Of a DNA stretch of 64,000 nucleotides, positions 50,920 through 63,980 are shown one piece after another. Source of the DNA: Lama guanicoe. Taxonomy: Eukaryota. The DNA lies in NCBI GenBank assembly GCA_013239625.1, contig MU053629.1, positions 4,553,567-4,617,566 on the forward strand, given 5' to 3'. Position numbers and translations under genes: made by a program. Each line of letters begins with the position of its first letter. The first letter of the stretch is position 1. The notes below the pieces were generated by a model. That model was not told where the DNA came from and made no database searches. It saw nothing but the letters and a program-made list of their open reading frames with translations.

Positions 50920-51950
50920 TGCCGCTTTTCGATCTGTGCATCTGATTCTGGGTACTGAGTTTTACAGAGAGATGTGGACAGTTTCGAGAACGCCCAAGGG
51001 GGCATGGAGAGGATAACAAGGGGTCCAGGAATTGCACCTGGCCCATCCTCCTCCTTTCATTGGTGGGGCACATTCTGAGCACGTGCTGTGTGGGGGCACT
51101 GTGCCAGCTGTTGGGGGCAGCCGGGCTCTCATTGGACCTGTGTCCAGATGGATGGAGAAGCTCTGCCTGCAGATAAGCACGGGCCCTCGCAGTCTAGGCC
51201 AAGTGTCTGTGGCACACAGGCCCTGGGGGTTGAGGAAGGAGTGATGGTTTGTATTTATTTATTTTTAGCTATTATTTTTTATAGCTATTGTCATTTTTGA
51301 ATACCTCTTTTATTTTTAAAGAGGGTGGTAATTAGGCTTATTTATTTATTTAATGGAGGCACTGGGGACTGACCCCAGGACCTTGTGCGTGCTAAGCAGG
51401 CACTCCACCACCGAGCTCTACCCTCCCACTAGGAGTGTTGATGTTTAGCTCCTTCCTCAGGAAGAATCAGGAAGGGCCTCATGGAGGAGCTATTATTTGA
51501 GTTGAAAAGCAGTCAGAAGAGTTGGTTGACTTTTGTCTGAAGAAGAGAAAATTAAGGGTCCCCATGACAACTGACATAAAAAGGTACGAATTCAGAGCAT
51601 TCTTGTAGACAGAAGAACAGGTTTGCTTTGTGTTCCTCTGAAGGGCTGCCTCAAACTGCTTGTCGTGAACGTCTCTGTGACGGTCTGCCCTTGGTTAGAG
51701 CGAACAGTGTCCCCTTCCTCCTGCTCTACACCCTCCACCCCCCCCAACTGCCGACTGTCCTCCCCAGAGGCAGTCTGAGCGGGCATCCTCCCAGGGCCCA
51801 GCACCGCACCTTACCGACTGACTGTAGGAACTCAGTGTTTCAGGAATTAACCTGCAGAGGGAGTCTTCACATCCTAAAGATGGACACAAAGTGTCGTGCA
51901 TGGTTGGGTGGCTCTGGGAGGTGGTGAGCTGTTCCACCTTAAGCAGAACA
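50920..51950 (+). mobile_element. Fragmented L3/CR1 3' region, interrupted by a SINE
   Basis: ttttacagagagatgtggacagtttcgagaacgcccaaggg..ggata; ctgaagaagagaaaattaagg..catgacaactg; ctgggaggtggtgagct. Confidence 0.55.
51247..51430 (-). mobile_element. Camelid tRNA-derived SINE (Vic-1-like), decayed Pol III boxes
   Basis: Minus strand gggagggtagagctcggtggtggagtgcctgcttagcacgcacaaggtcctggggtcagtccccagtgcctccattaaataaata..cctaattacc. TSD aggagtgatg (51237-51246) / aggagtgttg (51431-51440). Confidence 0.85.
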
Positions 51951-52129
51951 ATATGGCTTAGTGTTCAGGACTGCAGAGAAGAGAACTTCCACTTAGCCTG
52001 GACATGAGGTGACTGCAGAAGTTACTCTCGAGTTGTAATTCCAGAATGAAGTTCAGCATTCAGCTACCGTAAAAATCTGAATGTCAGATGTCACTCGGTT
52101 TTGTTCTTTTAAATTTTGTCTTATTGTAT

Positions 52130-52700
52130 ATTCGTTGAACAAATACTCACCAAGGGTCACTCTGTGCCAAGGACTGTTCTAAGCACCCACAGTCCTGTAG
52201 TGAACAAGACAGGCAAGTTCTCAGTGCTCCCGGACCTCACACTAGGGGCGACAAAACGGACAGTAATCAGGGAAGTGAACACCAGAGTAGGATGACATCA
52301 GACCTTGCAGGTGCTTTAAAAAAAAAAAAAAGGTAAGATAGATGCTCAGGAAGGCTTATCTGAGGAGGTGGTGTCTGAGCTGAGATCTGAAGGACAGGAG
52401 GGAGCCAGTCATGGGAGAAGCTGGGAGGGCCTCCCAGGCAGGAGGAAGTGTTCCGGCAGGTGCCCTAAGATGAGGGTGAACGGACGTGTCTGGGCCAGTG
52501 TGGCTGGAGTCATGCGAGCTCCAGGGAGAGTGGAGAGATGGGAGGGGATCCCGCAGCATCTTTGAGACCTTGTTCAGTTCCTGCTGAGAAGGCAGGGTCG
52601 GCATGGTTACCCGCTTTTTACCAGTGAGGAAGATAGAGCTCGGAAGGGTTAAGTGGCATGTCCAAGGTCAAATAAGGACAAGAACTCAGTACCCAAACAT
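52130..52700 (-). mobile_element. L2 LINE followed by a MIR fragment
   Basis: ttcgttgaacaaatactc..ctctgtgccaaggactgttctaagcac..gtgaacaagacaggca; gaaggcttatctgaggaggtg..gagctgagatctgaagga; gggttaagtggcatgtccaaggtca. Confidence 0.75.
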
Positions 52701-54041
52701 CGAGTTGTACTCCTTAAATTTGTTCTGACACTCAGATGGGTACTTGGGCCTGCTTCTCAAGCCAGGCTTTTTCTGTTTGCCGTTTCACGGTCTTGAGTTT
52801 CCTGACTTTTAATCCATATTTTTGGATATAAAGTATAAAATAATATGTAATTCTGAAAGTCAGTGATGTGCCATCTCTAGTTATTAATTTTAGAGGCTTT
52901 TTAGCAGGTGTTAAAACAACCCATTACTCGACTAACACAACTATTGCAGCATAACTCGGTATTTGGTCTATCCTTTGGGTCTCTTTACTTATCAAAACCT
53001 TTGAATTTAATAATTGAATCCCCAGATTAATTATAACGGTTGTGCTAGGGGAAGTGGTGCATTTCTTGATTTGTAAGACAGATTAATTTTTTAAGCTATT
53101 TTACAGTATCTGTTAGAAAATTGTAGGCTCTTGGTTGGCATATAGCACAAGCAAATATTTGTACACCATAGCATCTAGGGTATTTACTTAAATTGCTTTT
53201 TTAGAAAATTAATTCACTGGTAACTCCAAAAGGCTTTACTGTGTATAACTTTCTGCCACGATTTTTTTTCCTTTGCTCTGTCGTTGGTTACTTTGATATA
53301 AGAGACCACGTTTCTGTTAAATTGTTGCCTTACTGGGGTGAGGCAACAATGTACGTTCTGATGTGTGCAGCAAAACTGAATTACTGAATCAGGGGAGCAG
53401 GTTACTAAATTAGAGGGGGAAATAGCATTAGAGACCTTGGCTGTGGGTACTAAGCATAAAGTTTTTTTAAACCTTACTTTGATTTTTAAGTGTGACTTTG
53501 TATTAGGTTGTCCTCTTGACCCTAAAATTCACATAATTTTCCTAGGCAGTTACTACGAAAGAAAGAAAAAGAACATACAGCATTATTGCTGAAAGCAGAG
53601 TTCGTGGTTTTTGTTTTGTGAATTCAAATAATGAAACGAAAACTGTTCAGCTAAAATTAGAACTTGCTTTAGGGCACAATCAATATAGCATTTTAACAAG
53701 CTTAGTGTATTTGGAAAATATGCATTGTGTAAGGTTCTCAAACATACTGATTCTATTATGACTGCTAACGATAGCAGCAAAATGTAACAATATACTTAGT
53801 CAATAAACATAAAGCTCTGATTAAGCCATAATTAAATTTTCAGAAAAGTTATCTAAAAACTATGAATAATATATATTTTACATTGTCTCAGCAACAAAAT
53901 ATATAGCCAATGAAACTTTATAGTAGTAGAGAAATGATATGTGGGCTAAAATTACGGAATGAATTTTTACCACAAACACATGTGCTAAGTGTCTGTACAC
54001 TATTTCCTCTTCATTTTAACTTTTTTTAAAAAGATAATTCT

Positions 54042-54238
54042 TAGTGTTGCTGGGGTAACTGACTGAAGAGGCAAATGAGAAGGTTCCCTGTTTCCCTGGA
54101 AGCCTAGTAAAATGTTTTCAGGCCCCACCTGCGTTCATACACCCAGGACCCAGGAGATGTGCAGAATCCCAGTGGCTGCATTTCTGTTTCCAACCTGAGC
54201 CACCATCACAAGCCCAGGGTTAATCCCCGGCAGCACTG
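54042..54238. mobile_element. Probable hAT-type MITE with ~19-bp terminal inverted repeats
   Basis: tagtgttgctggggtaac (54042) vs reverse complement of the end, cagtgctgccggggattaac (54238). TSD not evident. Confidence 0.5.
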
Positions 54239-54794
54239 GAACATAGCTGGATAGAGCAGGTATCGCCATCCTCACTTGGCCTGTGATGAAACTGAAGCAC
54301 CGAAATTAAGGTATTTCCCTGAGGAGTCTAAACAAGACAGGGGATAGAGCCACTGCTGGAATTCAGGCTTTCTTATTTCTTGGCCCTTCCCCGGTGCCCT
54401 GGCTAGTAAATAATTGCATTTTGATTCTACGAGGAGCTAAAATAAGCAGATTATGTGCAAACCTAAGAATTTCTGTTGGCGTTTCCTCGCAAATATACTA
54501 CACTGGTTTTTCGTATTTTTATTTTTTGTGTCAGTCACAGGTACCTTACACATGACTCGTATGACTAAACAGCTGTCTCCTTTCTTCCCTCCTCCTCTGG
54601 AATTTGTCATCTTTGAAGTAACTGATTAATCCAGTGTTTAAAATGTTAATTCCTATCTCCAGACGTCAGTCACTTCAGCATATGATTCTCCAGAAATTAT
54701 GTCTTTGGGTTTTTTCATTACCCATGATTTTGTGAGTGCTTTTGTGTGTGTATTTAAGTCATCTTTGAAATCTTGTAGGTGTTTTTGGCTGCTG

Positions 54795-55407
54795 TCTTTT
54801 TTTTAATTGAAGTATAGTCAGTTTACATTGTGTTAATTTCTTGTGTACAGTGTAGTGATTCAGTTATACATATGTGTATGTATTCCTTTTCATATTCTTT
54901 TTTATTATAGGCTATTGCAAGGTATTGAATATCGTTCCCTGTGATATATAGTAGGACCTTGCTGTTTATTTATTTTATGTATATATAGTAGTTAGTATCT
55001 ACAAATCCTGAACTTGCAGTTTATCCCTTCATCTCCCTCCATTCCCTCTGGTAACCATAAATTTGTTTTCTATGTCTGTGAGTCTGTTTCTGTTTTGTAA
55101 ATAAGTTCATTTGTCTCATTTTTTTAGATTCCACGTATGGGTGATATCATATGGTATTTTTCTTTCTCTTTCTGGCTTACTTCACTTAGTCTGATAGTCT
55201 TCATGTCCATCTATGTTGCTGCCAATGGCACTATTTTATTCTTTTTAATGGCTGAGTAGTATTCCATCACATACATCCAGAGGAAACTCTAATTCAAAAA
55301 GATACATGCACCCCAGTGTTCATAGCAGCGGTAATTACAATGGCCAAGACATGGAAGCACATGGTGTGTGTATATGTGTAGATGTGTCTGTATATCTATA
55401 TGTATAA
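54795..55407 (-). mobile_element. Young L1 3' end with 5' inversion
   Basis: Antisense L1 3'UTR 54796-55268, then a sense segment gaaactctaattcaaaaagatacatgcaccccagtgttcatagcagc. TSD tggctgctg at 54786-54794 and 55408-55416. Confidence 0.85.
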
Positions 55408-57084
55408 TGGCTGCTGGTTTTTATTACCAAGTTTGTTGTCTTCCTCCCACACAGACCTCTCTCTCCCTCCCTTTCTTTGTGCTTTAATCTGACTTTAAAA
55501 AATGTATGTGACATCTTTAAGCCTTAATCTCCTGAGTGGATTGGAGAATAGTTCCACCTCTTATCTCAAAGGACTTTGTAAAACAAAACGCTGCTTAATT
55601 TTTAAAGAAAATAGTCTAATACAGTTTATATATTTTTGGAAGTCACTGGGATATCTCAGAAAGAAGAACATGGGGGAATTGAGTTTACAATCCAGTTACT
55701 TTCTTCTGTTGTCCAGAATATAAAGGCACAGTGCCATGTGCAGAGTAGTCATTCAAATTTTTCCTTGTTATTGGTTTTAAAGATGACTGTCCCCGGATGG
55801 TGGAAGGTATGATGGTAGCTGGAGTGCTATTCAGTTTTTATGTTAAAGGAAGAAGTCCCTCCTCGTTTGTTTTGACCCTAGTCATGATACGCCAGTTTCA
55901 TGAAGTCTGTTATGCACAAAAGTGCACAAAATGAAGATAAAGTGCCTCTCTCCAGCCTGACAAAAGTCATTCCTTTGCAGAATGGTAGCTGCAGTGAAAG
56001 TAAATAAATGAATGGACAGCAATCACAGCCTAGTTGATGAAACTGTTCAATTAAAGCACAGGCATTTACATGGTGTAATTTCCCTAAATTGCCAATGAGC
56101 CCCTTTAGACACAACCAGTGTTCAAATTGATTTCAGCATTGATTTTGGCTGAAGCTGATAAATTTCTGCTTGTTAGTTAAAGTAATTTTGCAGAAGACTT
56201 TGTACTGCAGTATTGAAGTGTTCATTTAGCTGATGGTTAAAAGAGGAGTTATTTACAGAGGCCTCTACTGTTGTTCTGAGATGGGACAATTCCCCAATCA
56301 TCTTTTACTTTTAATTTTTTAGGCTTCAGTATACCAATCAATAGGTGATTGAAACTGATTAAAACTTATCCAACCAGCTGCCTATGGCAGTTTAATTAGA
56401 AGCCGAATGATTCTTAAATTAAAGTTGTCTTATTTTCATTGCATAGCCCATCTTCCAGAAGAGTAAGGGACTAACAGTGCTGAAAACTTAAAATTTGGCT
56501 TTATTAAGGTGTCTGGCAACTGTTAAATCACTCAGTAGCTCTTCCTAAGGCACCTTGGAAATGTATTCAGAGGTTTTTGCCTTTATAGCAATTAGAAGTA
56601 ATAATATACTTACTTGCTAGCCAAGGAAATTTTTTTCCCATCAGAGGGATAACCTGTAGGATAGTGAGGTATGTGAAAGAATGGCTGTTTGTGACGTGTC
56701 TCTTATTTCATAAGCAAGATGAAAGCTTGAGCTTTGTTTTTTAAATACTGCAGCACAGGGTGAAACCAGCCATCTTCGTGTCCTTTGCATCTCCTCGCTG
56801 AAAACCATCCGCTTTGAATTTACATTTTTATTCTGTTTTGCATTCTTGGTTAAAACCAATCTCCAGTGAATGAAAAACCAGTGTTTTCATATAAGTCCAT
56901 GTTGACTTCTCGACAGTATGGTGGGCAAGGTTATAGAAGAGAGATTTTTTGCCCTCCCTCCCCTTCCAGGGAAGCTTCCCCGTACTCATTTTGTCCAGTG
57001 TGGGACAGTTTCTCGAGTTTTTAATGGAAATGGGTTAATATTTCTGTCATAGGGGACATATTACATCTGGTACTCAGGGAAGAA

Positions 57085-57245
57085 GGGGATAAATGGCCCA
57101 CTTTTCAGAGGTGCATTTACTCTTTGACCCACTAGGGTACTATTTAGTGTTCTAGGAGAGGTAATTTAGTAAATTGTACCCCAGTGGCCTGAAAAAGTTA
57201 ATGCAACGCTGAGAAGTGAGTCATTCAATCGATTTTCCCTATTGC
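57085..57245. mobile_element. MER135-like ancient palindromic element (long hairpin)
   Basis: Arms 57092-57148 and 57168-57225 are imperfect reverse complements. Sequence resembles my recollection of the MER135 consensus (cacttttcagag..gcat..ccactagggtac). Confidence 0.75.
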
Positions 57246-57339
57246 TTTTTAAAAACCAACACTGACCATATCCAGAGAACCTTGAAGACAATTGGAATTA
57301 GGGGATCTAGAAGCCACCAGTTTACATTCGCACAGGCTT

Positions 57340-57560
57340 GTTAGGGCGTGCATTGGATCTGGCTTCAGAGGACTTGAACCCACGTCCCACTCCAGAGCTA
57401 GGAGATGGGAGTCTTGAAACAGTCGTTAGCCTGGTTCACCAAGCCTTGGTTTCCTTATCTATAAAATTGGGATAGTAAGAATACCTACCTTACAAATCTT
57501 TATACAAATTTAATAGCTTCCCAATATTAAAAATTTTTTTATAAACCACAAGGCACAATC
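57340..57560 (+). mobile_element. MIR SINE
   Basis: aagccttggtttccttatctataaaattgggatagtaagaatacctacctt. Confidence 0.65.
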
Positions 57561-58336
57561 GAATATTAATTACTAGTAGAAGGAGGCTTCCTGAAATAGC
57601 TATTTTTGTATATGATCTTGGAAGGTGATCTGTAGTTAGCTTTCCACCAAGAAGCTGTGAGCAGAGATTATATTGTAATCAAGCCATTTCAGGAGAGAAA
57701 TTTTCTAGCTAGTTACCCCTCAGGATATTCCTGTTTTCTCCCATGTGCCATGGCCTCACTGCCGCCTCTCATTCTTGCACTATCATTGTTAGCCTTTATA
57801 CCTCTTGCCTCTCTGTTTTGCCCATTACATCCTTTCAGAAGCTTTGATCAAGAGATCACTCTGACTGTAGCTTCCTTGATCTCAAAGGTATTTAGCCCAT
57901 ATATTAAAAGACATTACTCTGGTTGATGTGGGGCGTGGTAAAGGCTTGAATCAGGCCAAATCAACTTACAGAAGAAATATGGAGGCAGTGATGACCACGT
58001 TACCTTTGAGGCAGGCGTGGGAGTAAAAAGGGTGTGTAACCAAAGTAAATAGAAAGAAGAAGAAATGATAAAAATGTAGAGTAATGGTAGCTTCTCTCTG
58101 ACTGAAACTCTTTCTAAGCCTGCCAAGTTCCCCGTGTTATACGGTAGGTTGATTTGTGAGCCCTGTGTCTGATCACCGTCTCGAAAGAATTCTTAATAAC
58201 TATAACCTAATAACAAGTTTGATTTGGTGCTTAAACAGTCTAAGGGAGGGGGGGCTGTTGCTTATCCGTAAATTATTTTACAATCAGTAGCCAAGCATCT
58301 GTAATGGGTTTTTAGGCAGAAGGAAGGTTGGCATAG

Positions 58337-58430
58337 ACTGTTGTTTGACTAGTACAGCTTTTATAAAAGCCTTTTACAACTGCTGTTTGACTAGTACAGC
58401 TTTTATACAAGCCTTTTACAACTGCTGTTT
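58337..58430 (+). repeat. 42-bp tandem duplication (about 2.2 copies)
   Basis: actg(t/c)tgtttgactagtacagcttttata(a/c)aagccttttaca twice, plus actgctgttt. Confidence 0.95.
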
Positions 58431-60049
58431 ACTTTGGATTTCCTGTTTTAACAGCCAGCGCTTGGCTAATGTGTTTATCTATTATGGAAGGCAACAACTG
58501 TCAGTGTTGATTTCCCTGAAACTATTTGAATTTTTTTCTGTGGATGGCTATTTTTGTATGTGACATACTGGTAAAACTCCACCCCCCAAGAAACCTACCA
58601 AGAGAACAAATCTCTTAAAAGATCAAGCAATAGAACATTTTTAATTAACTGAACCATAGCCAGTTTATATGTGGTTACTGAAAACGTGTCATTGCATTAA
58701 AAGGCAACATCCAGAGTTGTTTTCTTTTTTTTAATTAATCCCACAAGATAACAAAAGAGTTCTGTTTTGTTTGTGTACGTATGTTTTTCCGCCGTATCTT
58801 AACTACTGCTTTCACCATTTTTAGTGACTGGATTGTTTTCTTAGGTTTTCCCATCCATTTGGAGAATTTCCAGCAATTGATAATGCTCTATAAATAATTC
58901 ACAGAGTAATTGTGTCCCTCTTTCCACTAACCTTTTATGAAGCATGCTATGTGAGAAGTGGAACTTAAGTCAGTGGCATTTATTCCACATGCTGTATGAA
59001 AGAATTGCCCTGCCCCCTTCACAGGACAGTGGCAGTGTTGTCATTTCCGTGTTCTTGTTTTTCCATCGTGATTAAAAGTCATCATACATGCAATTAGTCT
59101 TGAGAGCCGTGCTCTAAGAGGCAAAAAAAGGTGGGGGTGAGATATTTCCCTACTCATGATGACCATTTTGCTAACAAGTTGACATTTATCACATATCATA
59201 TTATCAGTTATGCTGAAATATGAAATATTGACAGTCAGATCATAGGTCTGCTCCTCCGTACTTAAATTATATCGCACCTCACAGTCACTAGAGAAGCACA
59301 GATATTTCCTATTATAAATTCTTTCTCCTCATAGTTTAAAATAATTTGATTAGACTGTGTTCAGAAATTAATATGCAGAATAATGCCACAGAAATTAGAT
59401 GCCTACTTTAATTGTGTGAGATTGTGCAAGCTTTATCAGAAAATATATGATCAGCTCTAGGTTATTTATTTTGTGAACAGGAGTCAGCTGGGACGATTAT
59501 TTATTTATTTTTTTTGGTTCTCCTAGAATTTGAAATTCCAAGCATAAATAATTTCAGTAAACACTGTAAAATACAGATGCAGTTGATCTTACGCATGACA
59601 TAAATTTGTGTGGGAGTCCAGATGTTGGAATGCGAACACAGGTTGTTTCTCCCTTATGTCCTGTGTGAATGTAGGACTTTTTAACATTTTGTTTTCAATT
59701 TTTTTTTCCTTACTCACTTTTAAGATTCTTATAGAAATTCAGTTTATTTTTTGGCCGGATGTATCTTGTAATAAATTCTCACTAGGGTGTAGATGGAGGT
59801 GAGCACACCTCTTGTGTTGTATGTATTGTACTAGACCCGCCTTTAATATTTCAAATAGCAGATAATGGGATTAATTGTATTGGTCCCCAAATACTGCTTT
59901 TGAAATCAGTCACATTTTCTTTTGGATATCTACTCTGTGCAAGGTACTGTATTTGGCAATATGGGAGATGCGAAGCCAATTTTTAGGGCCTTAGGGGCAC
60001 CATTCTCTGGGTTCTGTTGCTGGCTTACTTTCTGCAATTTCTTATCTCC

Positions 60050-61150
60050 TTTACTGGTTTCTTCTCACCTTTTTGACTTCTGGATTTGGAGTGACTTGGG
60101 TCCAGTTTCAATTTAATTCCTAAGTGAGATTTTTGTAGTTCCATGGCTTTACATACCATCTTTATGTTGGTGAAGCCCAAATGTATATCTTTTTCCCTGT
60201 CCTCTGTCCTGAACTTAAGACTCATTGCTTACCAGCTGAATGTTTCTTAGGCATTTCAAAGTTACCACAGACTGCGTCTTATTTCCTTTGAAACCTGCTC
60301 CTTCTATGGCGTTTCCAATCTGCATAAATGGAGGACTCTCCTACAGGCTGCTCATGACGAAAAGTTGGCAGTTGATCTTCCTTTTTCTCTCAGACCATCC
60401 AGCATATTAACCCTCACATCCTATTGACTTTTCCTCAAAACTGTTTCAGGAAGCCAACCACCTCTCGTCCACAGCCCTATTCTAAGCCTCTCTTATCTCT
60501 TGCAAGGATTATTGGCAGTAGCCTCCCATCTGGTCTCCGAGTTTCTATCCTTGCTTTCCTACACCGCGTTCTCTCCACCCAGCAGCCAAAGTGATCTTTT
60601 TAAAATAGAAGCTGTCCCCCTGGGCTCATGACTTCTTATGTCACTCGGAATGGTAGCCAAAGTCCTCAGCATGGCCTCCGTGGTCCTGCACAATCTGTCC
60701 TCCCCTTACCTTTCTGACCTTGTCTCCCACAGCTTGCCATCTTGCTGCTTTCACGATCACACACGTGTCGAACACCCGCTTCTACCTTAGGACCATTGAA
60801 CTTAACATTTCCTTTGCCTGGAGTCCTCCTTTTCCACCTCCCTAAGTGGCGTGCTCCCTTACTGCTCAAATATAACCTAATGAGAGGAGCATTCCCTAAT
60901 TTCCTCCCACCACTCATATGAAAAAACAATGCCCCTAATCTTGATCACTCTTTATATCCCTACCTTTATTCTTTTTTATTGCACGTCTGCTACCCAACAT
61001 ATTGTTTATTTATTTGATTGTTGTCAGCCTTCCCCCATTAGAAAGTAGGCTCCATGAGAGCAGGGACTTTGTCTGGTTAGTTCTCTGCTCCATCCAGAGT
61101 GCCCAGCTTGGCAGCTGGAGACATACATTATTTGTTGGATACATAAACTA
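60050..61150 (+). mobile_element. L2 LINE (long)
   Basis: tccatggctttacataccatctttatg, cttaggcatttcaaa, cccagcagccaaagtgatcttttt, ggctccatgagagcagggactttgtctgg. Confidence 0.85.
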
Positions 61151-61559
61151 AATATCTGAGTGTGTGTCATATACAGTCGTAGAAGTTGGGGGTACAGCAA
61201 TGGACCAATGTATCTTGACTTTGACCTTGAAATGTTAAATAAGGTGGAATAAGACATAGACCCTATATAAAGAATTTATAGCATAGTTTGGTAATTAGAG
61301 TTTCCAGTATAGTTAAATAAAGCATACCCTAATGAAGTTACATAACAATTTGAAGAGAAATAATAATTCATACGGGCAACATGTAAAGTATCATAAAGCA
61401 TCAGAGTAGTCGATGCCGATGGATAAATTCAACCACATAAACCACAAGGTGGGGAATCTGGTAGGTGGAATTTTAATAATTCTTTTTCTGAATCCCACCT
61501 TCGACATTCACAGTATCTGGAAGTAAATATTTTTCAAATCATTCTCTGCGTATACTCTC

Positions 61560-62300
61560 TCTATACTGGAAAGAGCACAAGGGTTGAATTCAGATAGACC
61601 CAGGTTTGAATCCTGTATCTGCCACTTATGAATTCTTATTACACTGAGTGAGTTTCTTAATACCTTAATATCCTGAGTCTATTATTATCTGTAAAGTGCG
61701 GCTTATGTTACATCATCATATGGAAATCTGAATAATTCTGTGGACTCAGGAATTGTTAGTTCCCCCTGTTTCCTTTTTCTGTCTCCCTTCCCCTGACTAC
61801 CCCGTTTATGTATTAACTCCTATTTGAGTATCTACTGTGTGATGAGCATTGTGCTAGATACTGATACAGTGTATACACATTGTTGAATGCGGTGGATATG
61901 GTCTCAGCCCTCATGGAGCTGAAAAGTGCAGGACTGTATAGTTAGTGTAAGGCTGACTAGGTAAGATTCTTCTAGTTCTGTCAGTAAATACTATAATTCT
62001 CCTGTCATCTTAACTTAAAATTTTAGATTCATCTTCCTCATCCCCATATTTTATAAATTCTCTTTGACCAAAGTCTTTTGTACCTGTATGCCCTTATCCA
62101 TTTATGATATATGGAAGTTCATGTCACCACCTCTTACATAGACTACTGTAACAGCTTTCTAAGTGCTCCTTGCTCTCTATGGCTTCTTCTTCTTTCCAGT
62201 AGTATTGTGGTCATCTGCAGCCAGAGTAAGGATTTTTAAAGTTAAGATCTGCTTGTATCACTTCTTGGTTCAAGAACCTTCAGTGGCATTTATTGGCCAG
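61560..62300. mobile_element. Cluster of MIR (+) and L2 fragments
   Basis: gatagacccaggtttgaatcctg..tgccactta (MIR); tatttgagtatctactgtgtg..ccctcatggagct (L2, -); ctgcagccagagt..caagaaccttcagtggc (L2, +). Confidence 0.6.
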
Positions 62301-62304
62301 CAAA

Positions 62305-63980
62305 TTAGGTAGAGCCAACTTTCAACAGCAAAAATAAAAGCTGAAAGGCAATGGCATCCTCAAAAGATGGAAAGGGGGTAATTGTCTCCGTTAAACCATC
62401 ATTCAAGAATGAGGGCAAAATAAATACATTGTCAGAAATGAATATAAAAGAATATATATGTGTGTGTATGTAGGTATAGACAGAGGGAGAGAGAAAAAGA
62501 TAGATCAATAGGGAAGGGGGAGAGTTAGTTTATTACTGAGGGAAATGCTTCAGGTAGAACGAAATTGAATCCAATTGAATCCAGAAAGGAATAAAATGAA
62601 AGAAAGAACGGCTACTATTTAGATAAACGTGATGATATAAAACAACCCTTGTAGTGATTAATTTAGGAACTTCAAAATGAAGTCAAACAAAAAGACTGGA
62701 AAAAATAATGTAAGATGAGAAGAGCTGAGTAGAATTAAAGCATTCTAGGATTTTGATATTTGAGAGAAGAATAGCAATAGCAATTGACTTCATATTTTTT
62801 TAAGTTAGGTATGATTTTAAAATGTATGGGTAATAACTAAAAGATAAATGAAATATGTAACTTCAAAACAGATAAAGGGAAAAGAGGGGAATAATCCAAT
62901 ATAGTTGAGAGAGAAAGACAGAGAGAAGTGTAAAGTAAATGAGTAAGGTGGTAGAAATAAATCCATGTATATCAATCATTCATTAAATGTAAGTACACTA
63001 ATATTGCCAGTTAGTAGATTGGTCAGATGGAACTTTAAAAAATACAGCTATCCGCTATTTTTGACTATTTTAGGATATATTCCTAATACATAAAGACAGA
63101 GAAAGGTCGAAAGGAAAAGGCTGGTGGAAAGATACCAGGCAAAAACTAATTAATAGAAAGTTGTTGTGGGTATATTAATACAAGACAAAGCAGACTTTAA
63201 GACAAGAAGTTTTCGGGTTTTTTATATATATATATATAGGAATGAGGATAAAAAGAGCTGCTATATGATGATAGAAGAAAAAGACTGTGAATACATAATA
63301 GTCCTAAACTTGTATGTAACTAATAACATAACCTTAAAATATATAAAGCAAAAAATTGACAGAATTACAAGGAAAATTTTATAAATCCACAATCATAGTG
63401 GGAAAATGTGTCTCAGTAATCAATAGGTCAATTAGACCAAAATTACTAAGGATATAGGAGAGTTTAATACCACAGTTTACAGGTTGATTTCATGATCATC
63501 TAGCACTCTTTATTGTTCAAATTGAGTATATGTTATTTTTAGGTACAGAAAACTTATTTTTAAAAACTACGTATTAGGGCATAAAGCAAGTCTCACTAAA
63601 GTTTATAACATACAGGTCACTTTTTCTGAGTATAATACAACTAGTTTAGAAATCAATAATAAGTTTATCTTATTCATTTTGAGCTTAAATTACACACATA
63701 AATTCTGAATAATTTATGGATCATATAATACATCATAATGGAATAAAAATATTTACAACTGAACAATCAAGAAATATCATATATGAAAACTCATGAGCTG
63801 CAGTCCAAGTCATACTTAAAGGATAGTTTTTTGTATATATGTTAGAAAATAAAAATTGAATATTAATAGGCTTAATATCTAACTCAAGAAAAAATAAATT
63901 TTTTTAAGGGAACGGGTTAAACCCAAAGAGAGTGAAGGGGCAGGAATTCTAAAGAAAAAAATTAATGAAATTAAATGCCA
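62305..63980 (+). mobile_element. Old L1M fragment: end of ORF1, intergenic spacer and decayed ORF2 endonuclease region
   Basis: attcaagaatgagggcaaaataaa (ORF1 end); gaaagataccaggcaaa, gacaaagcagactttaagaca, ctaaacttgtatgtaactaataac, acaatcatagtggga. ORF 63166 GILIQDKADFK..IIVLNLYV is L1 EN-like. Confidence 0.85.

Noticed and set aside
51360..51430. tRNA gene
   Set aside because: The tRNA-like head belongs to a SINE with an AT-rich tail and TSD, and the A and B boxes are mutated.
54670..54700. cttcag|catatgattc as possible exon 9 (AYHVPSGK)
   Set aside because: The translation diverges after two codons. Exon 9 probably lies beyond the window.
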